From NCBI RefSeq assembly GCF_006345805.1, contig NC_042998.1, positions 111,228,001 to 111,292,000 of the forward strand: 64,000 nt of DNA, in the 5' to 3' direction. Within the stretch, counting starts at the first letter, position 1; the number at the start of each line of letters is the position of its first letter. A program made the position numbers and the translations under genes. Source of the stretch: Octopus sinensis. Lineage: Eukaryota. The notes beneath the pieces are model-generated. The model saw nothing but the letters and a program-made list of their open reading frames with translations, searched no databases and was not told where the DNA came from. Below are positions 39,170-54,500 of the stretch, in pieces.

Positions 39170-39907
39170 GAATTTTATAACGTCTTTCGCATTATAGTAA
39201 CAGAATAGCTCTGAATTCATATCTTTGGTGGGTTATAACATGTGTGAATGTTACAGGGTTATGTTGAGAAATCACTCTGCCTTGTTTGATTTAGACTGCT
39301 GGGGGAAGATTTTGTAATTGAATTTTGGGGGTCTCGTTTTAGATTCACACTAATTCTTTTGAATTTGCTCTAAAAACCATTCTTTAAGAATAATTTTGAA
39401 TATGAACTCCGAAATATACCCAGAAAGAGATAAATAAATACACATGTCGATATTTTACCAGCAGTTCTGCATCCACATTTTGTGTCTATATTATTATGTA
39501 GCGGAGCTGAAAAAACGAGCGGCAGTGTGGTTTCAATTCTACCGTTTTCGAACTACTTAGTTAAAGTGGAGTAATAAGAACGTCCATGACCATTTCCAGA
39601 GCTTGTGATAATTCAGGAAAGATGGTAGGAAGTTAATGTCAGATGGGCGGGGAAAGACTCGAATAATTGCGACAGAGCGGATACCACTAATTCCCTCGAA
39701 AGAGAGGTAGTAAATAATGCCTATAGAATATGTAACATTCAGATACTACTAGCTCATAATGTTGCACCGAAACAATTGTAGTGGCCTGAAATGAAGCCTG
39801 CTCATTCCATCTTATCGTATGAAAATTCTTTTATTTATTAAATAAGCATACATACATAAGTACATATACGCATACATACATATACATATATGTACTTATA
39901 GTATTTG

Positions 39908-40027
39908 TATATAAGAATGTTGTTTACAGTGACTTCGAAGTTTCGGCCAGCTAAGCCATTGTCGGACTGCCGGCGATAGCTTAGCTGACCGAAACTTCAA
40001 AGTCGCTGTCAGCAACATTCTTGTGTA
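39908..40027. repeat. ~120-bp fold-back palindrome (possible TA-flanked MITE)
   Basis: 44-bp core arms 39913-39956 and 39979-40022 with 5 differences. Pairing extends inward to a 4-nt loop and outward to TA ends. Confidence 0.8.
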
Positions 40028-40109
40028 AGAATTATAAATTTGTACTCCACAAAAGTGTAGAGTAACCCATCAGATTAATGTAAAATTGTTTTTATTATAA
40101 CTCAACCTA

Positions 40110-40338
<229 letters not shown>

Positions 40339-40772
40339 AAGTGCATATATAGATATACACAGACACACACACAGACACACATACGCACACGACCAAACTT
40401 CAAAAAGATTTTTGATTATGACAAGATTATCCATTCTGAAATAATGTTTTACACTGTAGAAACACCAGCTAACAACTCCTTTTTCTATTTTTGAGGGGAA
40501 ACCTCAGAAAAATCTTTGTTGACTAGCTGTCACTCTTTCCGGCAAACTTGTTAAATTATATTCATTTCACACTCTGACTTGTTTAATTTCAGATAAGACA
40601 ATATACTTTATTTATGATACGGCTGCAAAACTTGTGTAATGAAGACGGCGTTACACAAATTAGATTTCTGGTTAAAGTCAATGTACATCAGTTGAATTTT
40701 GAACAAATAATAAACTATAGATTACAATTATCGCTGGCAATGTAGAGTACTATTTAGAAATTAAACAAATGT

Positions 40773-40887
<115 letters not shown>

Positions 40888-42203
40888 CGTACATGCGATC
40901 ACACACAAACAAACAATCGCAAACACAATAAGATACCTTGATGCTTGCCATTAACTATGAGCTGTAACTTAACAGCAAAGTGCAGAATCACTAATCTATT
41001 TTAGGTTTTGGTTTCAGTGGAATATGTCTTTTATAAGATGTAACAGCACGGATTCAGATGATTTGTAGATGATACGCACTTTATGATGTACCGTTGTGGA
41101 AGAATAACTCATCGGTCTTTTTAAACACGCTTTGTCTCCTTAAAATTCAACCGCACTATATCTCTGTCAATTCCATTTGAGAATGCTTATCGTCTACTTT
41201 ATCTGATCATGTTATACTATTATGTCTTACTTTCGGTACTAAACAATTCTACAACAAAATGCGTCTCTCTCTCAAAATTTCTGTGCAACATACGCTTCCT
41301 CTTAACAACTGTTAACTCAGCAAAATACATTCGCATCCCTTATAGACATAACCGTTCTTGTCCTCATCAGTATAATAACAATAGAAAACTCCTTGAATGA
41401 AAATGAAAAAAAAATATTGCTATCTCGTACTAATTGTGATTGTGCTCTGGTATAGAATCTATATTACGGATTTATCGAAGCAATACAGAAATTAACAATA
41501 CACATTATGAGCTGAATTTTCGGTAAATTTCTGAGTTTTATCGCCAAATGTATGATTATAAATATAATTCTATAAAAATTATTTGCCTAAATGAGTTAAC
41601 TCATCATTCCCTAAGATTGTAATTGATGACTGATAACTTAAAGGTCGAAATTGCGACAGTGATATTGGAAATCTCACACGATCTATATCTTTTACGAAAT
41701 TAATTACTGTTATTTATAAATGTACACAGCACCATGTAATGCGATCAATATATATAGGAATTTCATAGTAAAGAAACTATTCACCAGCCTGAAACATTTT
41801 TCAAACGTTAATACTCGTGCAAGCTTAGTCTACTTAGGAAATTAACTACTATTTTAGAATCCTATGACAATAAGAAAATTTATTGAGATGTGTTAATATT
41901 TATAGAATTTAATTGATTTCACAGAACTGGATCCTAGATTAAATTCCATAATGTGTAGACTCAAATCCTGTCAGTTCAGTAAAGTGCTTTCAAACGAAAT
42001 TGATTTGTAATTTATAACGGAAAATCAGCTTGATGTAATGGCAAATCGTATCTAAATTTAGAGAGAATAGTAACAATTTTTATTTGTATAAAATAATACA
42101 GGGCTTGGTATTCAAATGTTACCCTTGGCAACAGGATTATAACCCTATGATCGTTGTTATCTTTCTCGTAAATCGATAAACATTTTACGGATAAATAAAA
42201 AAG

Positions 42204-43275
<1,072 letters not shown>

Positions 43276-43749
43276 ATAGTTGGTTAAATCTAGCATTCAC
43301 GGATACCATTTTCATGTGAGGAGGCAAGGAAAGGCTGGTTTCGTGGGGATTTGAAATCAAACCGCAAAGTAACATGAGTAAATATGCTGTGTATGATAAT
43401 TCGCTGATGGATATTGAATCAAACCCGATTATTGTTGTTCTTATAAAAGCCCATCTCTAATTGATTATACATATAACCATAATTGGTCTAACAGTGACTA
43501 ACCTGTCATTTGTTCAGGTACAAAATATCTAAGGGTAACTATGCTATCCAAAATGTCCTGACATTTTAAAGATAGTTGTGTGTGATTTAAGGAAGATGTG
43601 GCTGCTATTTAAAGCAATTTCTACGGCCATCTAGAAGATCGTCTAGCCAAGTAGCTGCGTTATGCCTGGTTAAAACTACACACTGTTCAATACACTCAAG
43701 AGTTTTCTATCCGTTACATGGCAGTTTTGTTGTTTTTATTATTGTTTTT

Positions 43750-43940
43750 AATATGCCAGCAGGGTCTGAAATTTGGAAGAGGAGGGAGAATAAGTTGATA
43801 CAATCGACTCCAGTACTTGATTGGTAATTATTTTATCGACTCCTGAAAGATGAATGAGAAAGTTGGCCTGATTAGAATTTAAACTAAGTAGCGTCGAAAC
43901 AGATAGTGCAATGCGTTTTACCCGGTGATCTAACGATTCC
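43750..43940 (-). mobile_element. Degenerate SINE (family of 27581)
   Basis: Reverse complement of the core CTTTCAGGAGTCGATAAAATAATTACCA and the head GAATCGTTAG. Confidence 0.65.
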
Positions 43941-44272
43941 AATAATTCAGAGCAAATTATTTTATATTTGATATTACCACAGTTAAGAAATTCATATATA
44001 CACTGATTGTATTGAAAATCATCTTGATAAGGAAAGTGTTTACTTTGATCTTTTTATTCATGCTAATCTAGATCCCAATGTCAGATACAAAAAATTATAC
44101 GGGTTATGGTGCAATTTGATTTTAATATAGAATAAAATGAATGTGTTCTATCCTTTTTACCTCATCTTTCAACTTAAAACTCAAAGTTTTAATTGAATAT
44201 CCATCATCATTTTAAAATATATTTAAGATTATCATGAAAACTTTAGTGTTGACTAGCAATGTAGTCTTAAAC

Positions 44273-44465
44273 ACCAGAATTTGTAGGAACGGTTGTAGTC
44301 GATTCTATTGACCATTTTAATGCTATGTTTTGTTACCGCCTTCGGATAAAAAAATGAAGGAACAAGTTGATTTTGGTAGAACTGGACGTAAAAAGTAAAG
44401 AAGTGTGACAAGATACCGCAAGACATTTTATTCGATGTTCTGTTGTTCCTGCCAACTAACCGCCA
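44273..44465 (-). mobile_element. Degenerate SINE (family of 27581)
   Basis: Reverse complement of the head GGCGGTTAGTTGGCAGGAAC and the tail ATCGACTAC..AAATTCTGG. Confidence 0.55.
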
Positions 44466-45699
44466 TATTTTACCATCACAGTATTATAGTCGACAGATTG
44501 GCAGTGTCAATAAATCGTTTGAATAGTATTTATTTACGTCCCTTTATGTTCAGAGTTAAAATTTTGTTATGGTCGATTAAAAAAATACCTGTTTAGTACT
44601 ATGATCGACTGAATTATCTATAACTACGCTCCAAAATTTGTTGCCTTGTACCAGTTTCAAGAATCAATTATGAAACTCGAATATTATCATAAAGAGATAG
44701 ATTTTCTGAATTATATTATATTATCTAAGCCATGTGCTGCAGGGCAAAAGGTAAATACTCACGATAAATATTCTTTATCAACATTATTATCAACGTTTAT
44801 GAAAAAGAAAGGATGTTAGAATCGATAAAATGCCGAACTAAATATCCTACGGTATTTAGTTACTTTCGCTTTATTGTAAGTGGCACTGGAATAGTTATGT
44901 GGTTAAGAAGTTCGTATCGGAACTACGTAGTTTCATGTTCAGTCCCACCACATGGTGTCTCAGTAAAGTATATTTTACTGTAGCATCGAAACCTCCAAAG
45001 TCTAGGTAGATGAAAATAGTGTCGGAATCTATTGAGTAGGCCGCTTCTCCATATGTTGTAGGCTTCATCCCGTCACTTCTTTAACACAGACATCTTGATC
45101 TTTATTTAGACGAGTCCACTCTTCTGTAAGCGATTTTTCTAGGTTCCTTAATTGGGGATAATTTTCTCACTCCCCTATATTCATTTTGAGTGGCTGAAAA
45201 ATATTATCGAGCGCTACCTTTTCTCGTCTGGCTATGCTGTGTGCAAGTTTAGAAGATTAAATCGTGCCAGTTTCCGTCACTCTGACAATGACAAAAAAAA
45301 TTTACAAATGCTGGGAACACGCTTAAAAAATGTCTCACCTTAATTCAGTGTGATAAATCAACTGTATCACTGTGTCCTGTATATTGTTGATTGACAAATC
45401 AAACGATTCATATAAAAATCAGTCTAAAGTTAAACTAATATGTTTATGGTTTATCAAATCCATTTCCCTAGAATGCAGCCAATGACTTTATTTTAAATAG
45501 GCAAGAGAGAGGAGATGAAATTTACAGAAAAGGACATTGAGACAATGACGGTTTTTTTATTGTTAAAAAAGCTAACAAAAATAATGGTGTTACACAGCGA
45601 GAATAGAAAAACAGATAGATGTTCACAAACATGAGTATGTGCGCATGTGTGGGAGTATACGTGCATGTGTTCCTGCGATTATATACCAGTATACGTTAT

Positions 45700-45853
45700 A
45701 TATAGATATGTGTGTGTGTGTGAATGTACATACATATATATATATATACATATATATGCATGTATATATTTGTACATATGTTTGCACATCTATATGTATA
45801 TATAGTTAATCCAAACATGAAAATATGTTATGTATATATTATATATATGTATA

Positions 45854-45898
<45 letters not shown>

Positions 45899-46010
45899 TG
45901 TACATATATAATATATATGTACATATATGCGTATATATATCTGTATATATATATGTATATATATATATATATATACATATTATTTCTTTCCGTATCCATA
46001 TAATATATAT

Positions 46011-46093
<83 letters not shown>

Positions 46094-46140
46094 CATATTA
46101 TTTCTTTCTGTATATATATATATATATACACATACATCCG
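45700..46140. repeat. Long degenerate (TA)n region with a repeated CATATTATTTCTTTC spacer
   Basis: Seen directly (spacer at ~45976 and ~46095). Confidence 0.9.
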
Positions 46141-46999
46141 TATCTATTGTTTACTTTTCTGTTAGGGTAAGACGCACAAAAAAGTATTGCATCCAGTGAG
46201 GGATAAATATGATTTAATGTACAAAGTATACAGTTACAAGTTATAAATAGTTTCCTTCATTGGAGATAGAACCTAGGCAGGTTTTAATAACACGCCACTT
46301 CAAGCTCTTAGAACATGGCCTATACAAATTACAAATCAAGATGCTAGATCAAGAGAAATTACGAGAAAAGCGGGAGGGTGGATACAAAAATGGCAGGGGG
46401 AAATAAACTGAAAAAGAAAAGGAAAACTTAGTGATACATCCCCTTTGTTCGTAAAGCCATAATCTATATAATAATCCACTTGCTCGTTCGCCCGCTATAC
46501 TTTAGTTAGTGAGTGAATATGGAGGTGGAGCGAGTAACAGGTGGAGTAAAAGTGAGAGAGCGGGGAGAACTGTGAGCAGGGAAGAAAGAAGAGAGGAGTA
46601 TAATATCACACTCAGACCAAAGTTGAAGGGAGAAGAAAGGACGAGAGAAATAGATTGTGAGAGGAAAAGACGGTGAGAGAAAAGTGGGTGAGAGACGTGT
46701 TAGTGACGTATTGTATGGTCGGGAGGGAAATGTGAAGTGAAAGAGAGAAATGTTAAAGACATGAAGAGGGGAATTACATGGTTAAAATTTATGTTGAAGA
46801 GATAAGAGAAAGAAAGAAAGAAATATACAGTGCTTAGCAAAGGGAAAATTTTAAAACCATATAGTTTATTAGAGTGACTGGAAGTGGAATAACTTAGCAA
46901 AATAAAACTAAAAATCATTCTTTCTTTCTTAACTAGATTCTCTTAATATTTTTCATTCTGTGGAATTTCCACACGTCCCGCTACTAAAGCTAATTGTAG

Positions 47000-47450
47000 A
47001 ATCAACGGAGAAGGATCCATAGTTTGCGATACAACTGCTCAATCTGGTGAAGGCGATGTTCTCCAATTCTCCAAAATAAATTTGTCCGTTTATTTGAATT
47101 TGCTGAAATTTTCTGATCCATTAATATATGGCATATATTTTTCTAAGATTTTCCACTGGATAGGATGTGGTATGGAATTGGTCTCCAAACCCAATACATG
47201 GCTAGTCAACTTAGTGACTTTAACTTTGTCATTGTGCCGGACAGAAGATAGGTGGTTTGCATAACATCTTTTGAAGTCGCCTTCCTTTAACCCGGTGTAA
47301 TTCTTTCGGTTAGGTTATCTTGTAGCATTGCTGAGTTTATCATGCAAGCCTGGGCTTGTGGGCGAGATCCATGGTCTTAACAGTTACAACTGGGAGAGGG
47401 CTCTTGATAATGTGCTTTATACTGAAGCAGCAGTTGTATGATAATATAAT
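47000..47450 (-). mobile_element. Penelope-like element remnant (GIY-YIG endonuclease, C-terminal half)
   Basis: 47305->47144 translates KNYTGLKEGDFKRCYANHLSSVRHNDKVKVTKLTSHVLGL...IQWKIL. This matches the PLE pattern YIG.TE..FK.RY.NH..SFRH...T.LS.H...I.W.I. Confidence 0.7.
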
Positions 47451-47452
47451 TG

Positions 47453-47506
<54 letters not shown>

Positions 47507-47684
47507 TATATACAAATTGAGATGGGGTTGCAAATTCAACCCTCCATGGGATAACATATATCCAATATACTGCTAGTGAAGTACCCAACAAAGTTAATGC
47601 ATAAATGTTAAGAATTGCGATGCAATTAATTCATTTACTGTATTACATGGGCAAAGGTAAAATTATTTTTACCATAAATTAATA

Positions 47685-48196
47685 ATACAAAATCAGAAAA
47701 TGGAGAAATACATCTAAATCATTAATCAACTACCAGATAATACCCAATCACATACTTTATTGAACCACTACATAAGAACATTAAGGTTAAACATAAAAAT
47801 ATACCCACACTTATCTGAGTATATATGTAATTTGGTTTATACTTTAGAATCTCCGAAGAGGCCTTAAGATATCTTTGTAAATGTCTCATTTTTAACTTCA
47901 TATTGACATACTATACATGGCTGATATAGGTAAAATGAGACATATTTATCTGCATGGCCGAAACAGCTGTAAGATATAGTGTATATATGTATTTATATCT
48001 ATTTATATTTATTTATTTATATCCTCTTATAATGATTGTACCTATTGTATTGTATTACTCATTCATGTACGCTGTTTTGTTATATATTTTTATGTTTAAC
48101 CTTAATGTTCTTATGTAGTGGTTCAATAAAGTATGTGATTGGGTATTATCTGGTAGTTGATTAATGATTTAGATGTATCTCTCCATTTTCTGATTT

Positions 48197-48201
<5 letters not shown>
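47685..48201. mobile_element. 119-bp inverted repeats (47685-47803 / 48083-48201) enclosing a hammerhead motif; probably PLE-derived
   Basis: The arms are identical except at 1 position; the spacer is 279 bp. Confidence 0.75.
47849..47975 (+). ncRNA. Type I hammerhead-like motif with a long helix II insertion and a U4C core change
   Basis: ATCT-CCGAAGA-GGCC...(internal ATGTCTCATTTT/AAAATGAGACAT stem)...GGCC-GAAAC-AGCT-GTA-AGAT. Confidence 0.6.
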
Positions 48202-48262
<61 letters not shown>

Positions 48263-48292
48263 TGTATGTATATATATATATATGCCTAATAT

Positions 48293-48334
<42 letters not shown>

Positions 48335-49464
48335 ATATATATAAAGACATTGAAGTGTGATTCGAGAAATAATTTTCAACTATTTCTTCCAGGGTGGGTG
48401 ACCACTTAGAGATTTCTTCTCTAGGTCGGAAACGAACGTGTGTGTCAAAGGAAAACAGTCTACTGAATATCTAGTTCATACTTGTCGTCACAAATAGATT
48501 AGAAGTAGCAACTTTCATTTCCATTTCCATTTTACATATTTATATCTCTCCACTGTCTTCCCTTTAGTTTGGTGATTTCAATTCTTCTTGCCTCCCTTAT
48601 ACACCTCTCTGTCACTCTTTCACTTCACTTTATCTCATTCTTTCTTTGGCTCTTTTATGCAATCACCTTTTCTCTCCCTCTCTTTCTCACGCACACACAC
48701 ATTCTCTTGATTCTCCCACCCCCTCTCTCTGTCTCTCTATGTCGTAGTCGTCGGCGTTCGGTTGTTGTAGCAGTTAAAGGTATAACAGAAATAGACTAAA
48801 TGATGCAATATGAAACCACATTAGAAAATATCATCTAAAGGGAGAAAAGTAGGTATCGAAGCAGATGAGCAGAAATTAGAGGACATCACAATTGACAGAT
48901 ATCACATAGAGTATATTAAATATATCCACTAACACGAGGTACTTATCCAGGTTTGACAAGACACAAGAGAACTGTTTATTTGGTAATCATTAAACGTTGA
49001 TATATTCGCACAATTAACGAATGCCTTAATAACGGTGCAAACTTCAAGCTAATGGTATCCAAATTACCTTAATTATTTATTGCTTAATAAAATGTCCCTT
49101 TCGTAGTTTAATGCTTGCAGCTGCTTGTGATAGTAACACGATAATGAAACATTTGTTGGTGGTTGACAGGTGAGGTTACTTTCAACATTTCTCATATCGC
49201 TGAGAAAGTTTAGGTGATAGATAGGAATATTAGATGTTGGCAGTGATATTATTATCATTGCTAGAATGGAGATGAATTTTCGAAATTGTTAGAGCGTCGT
49301 ACAAAATGCTCCTAATTTTACAGACGTTATCTCTGACTTTCATCTATTCAGGGACGATAAAATAAACTACCACTTTATTTTATAATTATACTGGTGCCGA
49401 TGTAATCAAATAACCACGCCCCTCAAAATTACTCACCTTATGTCAAAACTAGAAGCATTTGCTA

Positions 49465-49660
49465 TTTAAAAAGTGGATTGGTAGAATCGTTAGAGTATTC
49501 AACAAAATACAATGTGGAATTTAGTCATTGTTCTTTATATTTTTTAGTTCCAGTTTTGCCGAGGCCTGCTATTCAAATACGCGTTCAGTATAACAATTGA
49601 CTGTATCGACTAACATCCTCCCTCCAGATTCTGGCCTTGTATTTCAGAAATAGTTATTGC
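49465..49660 (+). mobile_element. Degenerate SINE (family of 27581); a further partial minus-strand copy at ~49840-49950
   Basis: TTGGTAGAATCGTTAG head and ATCGACTAAC..CTGGCCTTG tail. Confidence 0.5.
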
Positions 49661-50180
49661 CCTCCGTCAGTCAACTTTCACGATGCAGCTTCATATGTTG
49701 TTCAATACGGTCAGGACTATTATGATTTCAAATCCGTTGAATTAGCATTGGCTTCTTAGGATAAATAGTGTAAAATATCAACCAAGTATTGGAGGCGTAA
49801 TAACCGATAGTATTTGAAGCTTTATGCTTCTGTCAGAAATATTGCTTCCAAATTTTGGTACAAGGCTAAAAAATTTTGGAGGAAGAGTAAGTCGATTATA
49901 CCGACACCAGTAATCAACTGGAACTTATTTTCTCAACCCCAAAAGGATTAAATATTTTGATATTTCAATTTTAGTTTCTGATAAAATGCTTTAATTAGTT
50001 CATTCAAATTAATTAAATACCTACAACTTACGTAATATTTTGTGTGACTGATAACCTTTGTACATAAGCAATAGAAACAGATATAGTATATAATCGCGAA
50101 ATTTTGATTATATATATCATTCACATATTTTTCCAAACATTTTGCAATGGACATTCAATTTAACCAATTCTTTTATGTTT

Positions 50181-50234
<54 letters not shown>

Positions 50235-50557
50235 ACATATATAAAGCAAAAATACGTAAAGACAAAATCATATCTTTAACTGTAGAATACACCTTACAAA
50301 ACTGTCAATTCCCTTTCCCCCTCTCTCTCTCACTCACACACATATACATACATACGTATATACATACATGCATACATACATACATACATACATACATACA
50401 TGCATACATACATACATACATACATACATACATTACATACATACATACATACATATATATAGTTTCAATTTACAGAAAACAAAAGACGTTGACAGGTGTA
50501 GGAATAAGCAGATGTATTAGTTTAACGCTTGAGATATATATAGTGTAGGTATATATA

Positions 50558-50588
<31 letters not shown>

Positions 50589-52033
50589 CCCCCTGTCAAT
50601 GTTTATATATTGCTCGTTTCTTGCAGCATTAAGGGTTTTCAATTCTTATTTCTTGTAATACAGGTGCTTCGGCTCCTTCAGTCACAATTAGTGACGATAA
50701 GAATTTTTACTTTATGGTATTATATTACGTCAAGCTGCTTCTATTAGTTTTTAATACACGGATTAGCATTTCACTAAATCAGCCATAAATTTTTATGATA
50801 AAAATATATATACTGACAGCCGGATTTAGCCAAGCCACTGAGCGTTTGAGTAGTCAATGCTGACGATCCTGCAACTGATAGGCAGACTTAGTGTAGTCTA
50901 GGGATCCTAGAAACGCTCATAGGGCGGTTAACCTCCACTGTTTGTGTATATGTATATATATATATATATATATTACACGTTTCATACAGCATTAAGATAT
51001 TTTAATTCTTATCTCTTGCAATATAGGTGCTTTGACACCCTCACTCACAATCAGTGACGATAAAATCTTTCTTTTATGTTATTATATTGTGCCTAGCTGC
51101 TTATATTAATATATATATATATATCGCTGTAGACCTATTTTATAAAATACTCTGTAGTGGATTCCTATTTTATATACACATTCCTTGTGTTTTTCAAAAA
51201 TGATCATAATAATTCTGAGTACATCTAAGGTTCTGCTTATTAATGCATCTTGCAGTAGTTTTTATACGCATAAACATAGGAAATTTAAATTTTGTGAAGT
51301 ATTGACATCTTCTGTTTTATGGCTTTTTCGGTACGATTGTAAATAATCAAATTGAATTGGAATTTCCCTCACTTTATTTTAGGTTGATGGCCGATGTATT
51401 TGTATTTTTATGAACGCAAACATTCCAAAACACAATTTGTACCTCGGTGAAATATACGATATGCGTATAAATGTAAGTTTTATCTAAATATATGATAATA
51501 AATGTATGTTTTCATGTTGCGAGTTGTAGGCCACAGTTTTGCACCTATGCAAATGAAATTTTGCATAATGGCACATTGTTTCTGGTATTTGTTCTTTATG
51601 TCATTTGACATAGAAAGTAAGAGAATTGTATACCCCGATGTAGTGCAATCAAAAAAATAATTATATTATAAAAGAAATTACCCCAGGAAATAACAGAAAT
51701 GTAAGCAAAATTATGTTTTACTATCTACCTTCGTTTATTTTGAACGACGTTTTCTTTCTTTCTTTTTCTTTTTTGTAAACACATCTTGAATGATATTTCG
51801 ACTTGCTTGCATGTAGCACCTCTGTAATCCCAAATTCCTGTACTAACGCGTGTATGGTTGCGTAAGGGTGCAACTTTTAGTCTATTTGCTTTGAATTGTA
51901 TTGTATTTCTCTCTTTTCATACAGTTAATTTAAACATTATAGACCCCTAATTCTTGTTTATGAAACCTTCTAGCGTTTTCCCACTTTAAAGAGTATTCCC
52001 GATGTAATTTCAGAAATATTCATATATATATAT

Positions 52034-52095
<62 letters not shown>

Positions 52096-52196
52096 TGTAT
52101 GTATGTATGTATTTAAGTATGTATATATGTATGTATGTACATACATGCACTCACAACAGAACACACACACACACACGCACACACACACACACACAC

Positions 52197-52241
<45 letters not shown>

Positions 52242-52649
52242 TATATATATATATAACATAACGGTAAGCAACATTATTTTACGAGAGCCATTGCTTCAGT
52301 ATGATGTATTTCACAAACAACCATACTTGAAAGAGTGATAATGAAAACTAAAATGCAAAATGGATGTTACGATGTTTAAAAGGTACTGGACACCATCAAA
52401 TACAATAGTACCAACTTTATTTGGATTGATTATGTTCATAGGTTATATGATCAATGACACTGAATTCTGTTCACAAAGCTTTGAAATTATTCAATAGGAT
52501 TAGACTATCACTTAACGATGAATTTCGAACATACATTCAGAATTAAGGTTAATAGAGTTTTGAGCTTAAATCATTTCCGTAAATGATTTTGCTTTCTCTC
52601 TCCCTCCCTCTCACTCTCCGTCTCTCTCTCTCCCTTTCTCTCTCTCTCA

Positions 52650-52696
<47 letters not shown>

Positions 52697-54408
52697 ATCT
52701 ATCTCTCTGTAAATATCCATGTTATAATCGTATTTCTTTCGATAGTTTATGATCTGTAGATGTATTTGTGTTTGCATTGTGGTGGAGAATTTTCCAAACC
52801 ACAAAGGTGAAAAAGGTGCTTTGTCGGTGCAAACACTTTTCTAATATGTCTTCTATCATTCAATGGAAGTGAATGCACCTAATGATAAGGGTATTTGGTT
52901 ACCGATCATAAAGTAATGGGCTCTATTCCTAGACTGGGCACTGCATTGTGTGCTTTGTCAGAAGTAGTTCGGTTCAGTTACTCTAATCTTCTCAGATGAA
53001 ACTGAATAGCAGCCTTCTCTCTTTCTAAATGTTCACTTACGATGTTCTGCTGAATCAAGAGTTGTAGGGACGAGAAGGTGTCCATATCTGCTCGAGATTA
53101 CCTAAGTACCTAAAACAACAAGCGAACAGAAGGTAAATGTTACCAGGTCATACTCGCTTGTGAATGACAGGTGGCTTTTTTTTTTCATTCGCACGTTGCA
53201 TTTTATGGTGTTATGATATTTCTTTCTAAGAATTTACTTTGTAGGAGTAGACCTCTTTTAACCACTGCAGTTGCTTGTGTAACCACAGAATAATTGCATT
53301 TTGACTCATTGTGCAACAAATGTTTTTCATACAGTTGTAACTTACCCTTACATTGGTCTTCAGAAACAGCGATCCGTGGAATCCTCAATATAAGGATGAC
53401 AGAAACGAAACAGTGTAGACTATCATGGTCAAAACAGTTCGCTTCAGCCCAGTCTGTGACGATGGCTGTAGCACTCTATTTTAGATTTTTACAAGATTTA
53501 AGTGGAATAAGTGCAGCATCCGGGCAGCATTCAGGACCTGAGCAATTGACAGGGGTAAAAGAATAGGATATTGTCAGACAGGAGACTTAGTTCGAATGAT
53601 TGCAACAGAGTTTATTCTGCTAGTAGCACCCGAGATCCAGGAGGAGGTGTTCGCGGAATATGAGCTCTCAAACGTTCGGTTGCTAAATTTAAAACCCTGA
53701 TATTGTTCTTCATTAACAAGCAATTGTCTCTCTCGGATATCTAAGATCTTGATGATTAGCCAATGTTTCTGTTAGAAAGGAAGCAATAGAAAATTGCTTC
53801 AAGAAGAAAAGACATATTCTGAACATTTTAGATATAATGAAGAAAAGATGCCAATTTTCAGATAGCAATTATTGTAAGATGACATACAATATCGAATACT
53901 AATTACCGCAAATATTCCAGTTTTGTTTTGAATATTAGTGATAGCAAAGCCCTATGAGTTTATCATTGAAGAAATGATGATAATCCTAATGGAGATTAAT
54001 TCATGGAAGTATTAGTTTCAAATAGATGTTGTATGTATGTAGTACGATTATAAGAAAAGTAAGAGAGAAGAGGAAGGGCAATGATACAAATAAACAAAGG
54101 AAACTGCTTGGGTTTCATTTTCAGGCGATCAATATTCAAATACAAATATATGCATTAACAACGCAAACTTACACAGAATACAAAGATACAGAAAAATTAA
54201 TGAGAGAAGATATAGCGTTACAAGTCCTACAGCTGCGTTAGTACATATATTCATATATACAGTAAAAGCAATTAAGATTCAAGTGAGTTCTGTTGAATTT
54301 ACATGAATGAGGTACTTAACTTAGATGCATCAGAAATCTATATGGTATTAACCATAAGATAATGCGGGGTGATTATAAACAAGAAAAAAGCAACAAAAAT
54401 GGATCAAT

Positions 54409-54500
54409 ATTTCGGGACAATTGTTTCGTACGAAGACCACCTTTATTAAGGCTGCAAATATTGCAGCAAATACACGTGACCCGTACTCATCAGCCGAAAT
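54409..54500 (-). ncRNA. Type I hammerhead ribozyme, canonical core, GUC cleavage site
   Basis: Minus strand: ATTTCGG-CTGATGA-GTACG...CGTAC-GAAAC-AATT-GTC-CCGAAAT. Helix I is 7 bp, helix II has a branched extension, and helix III is palindromic. Confidence 0.85.

Noticed and set aside
45152-45343. ORF with SFRH resembling a PLE endonuclease
   Set aside because: Only four residues match; the flanking motifs are missing.
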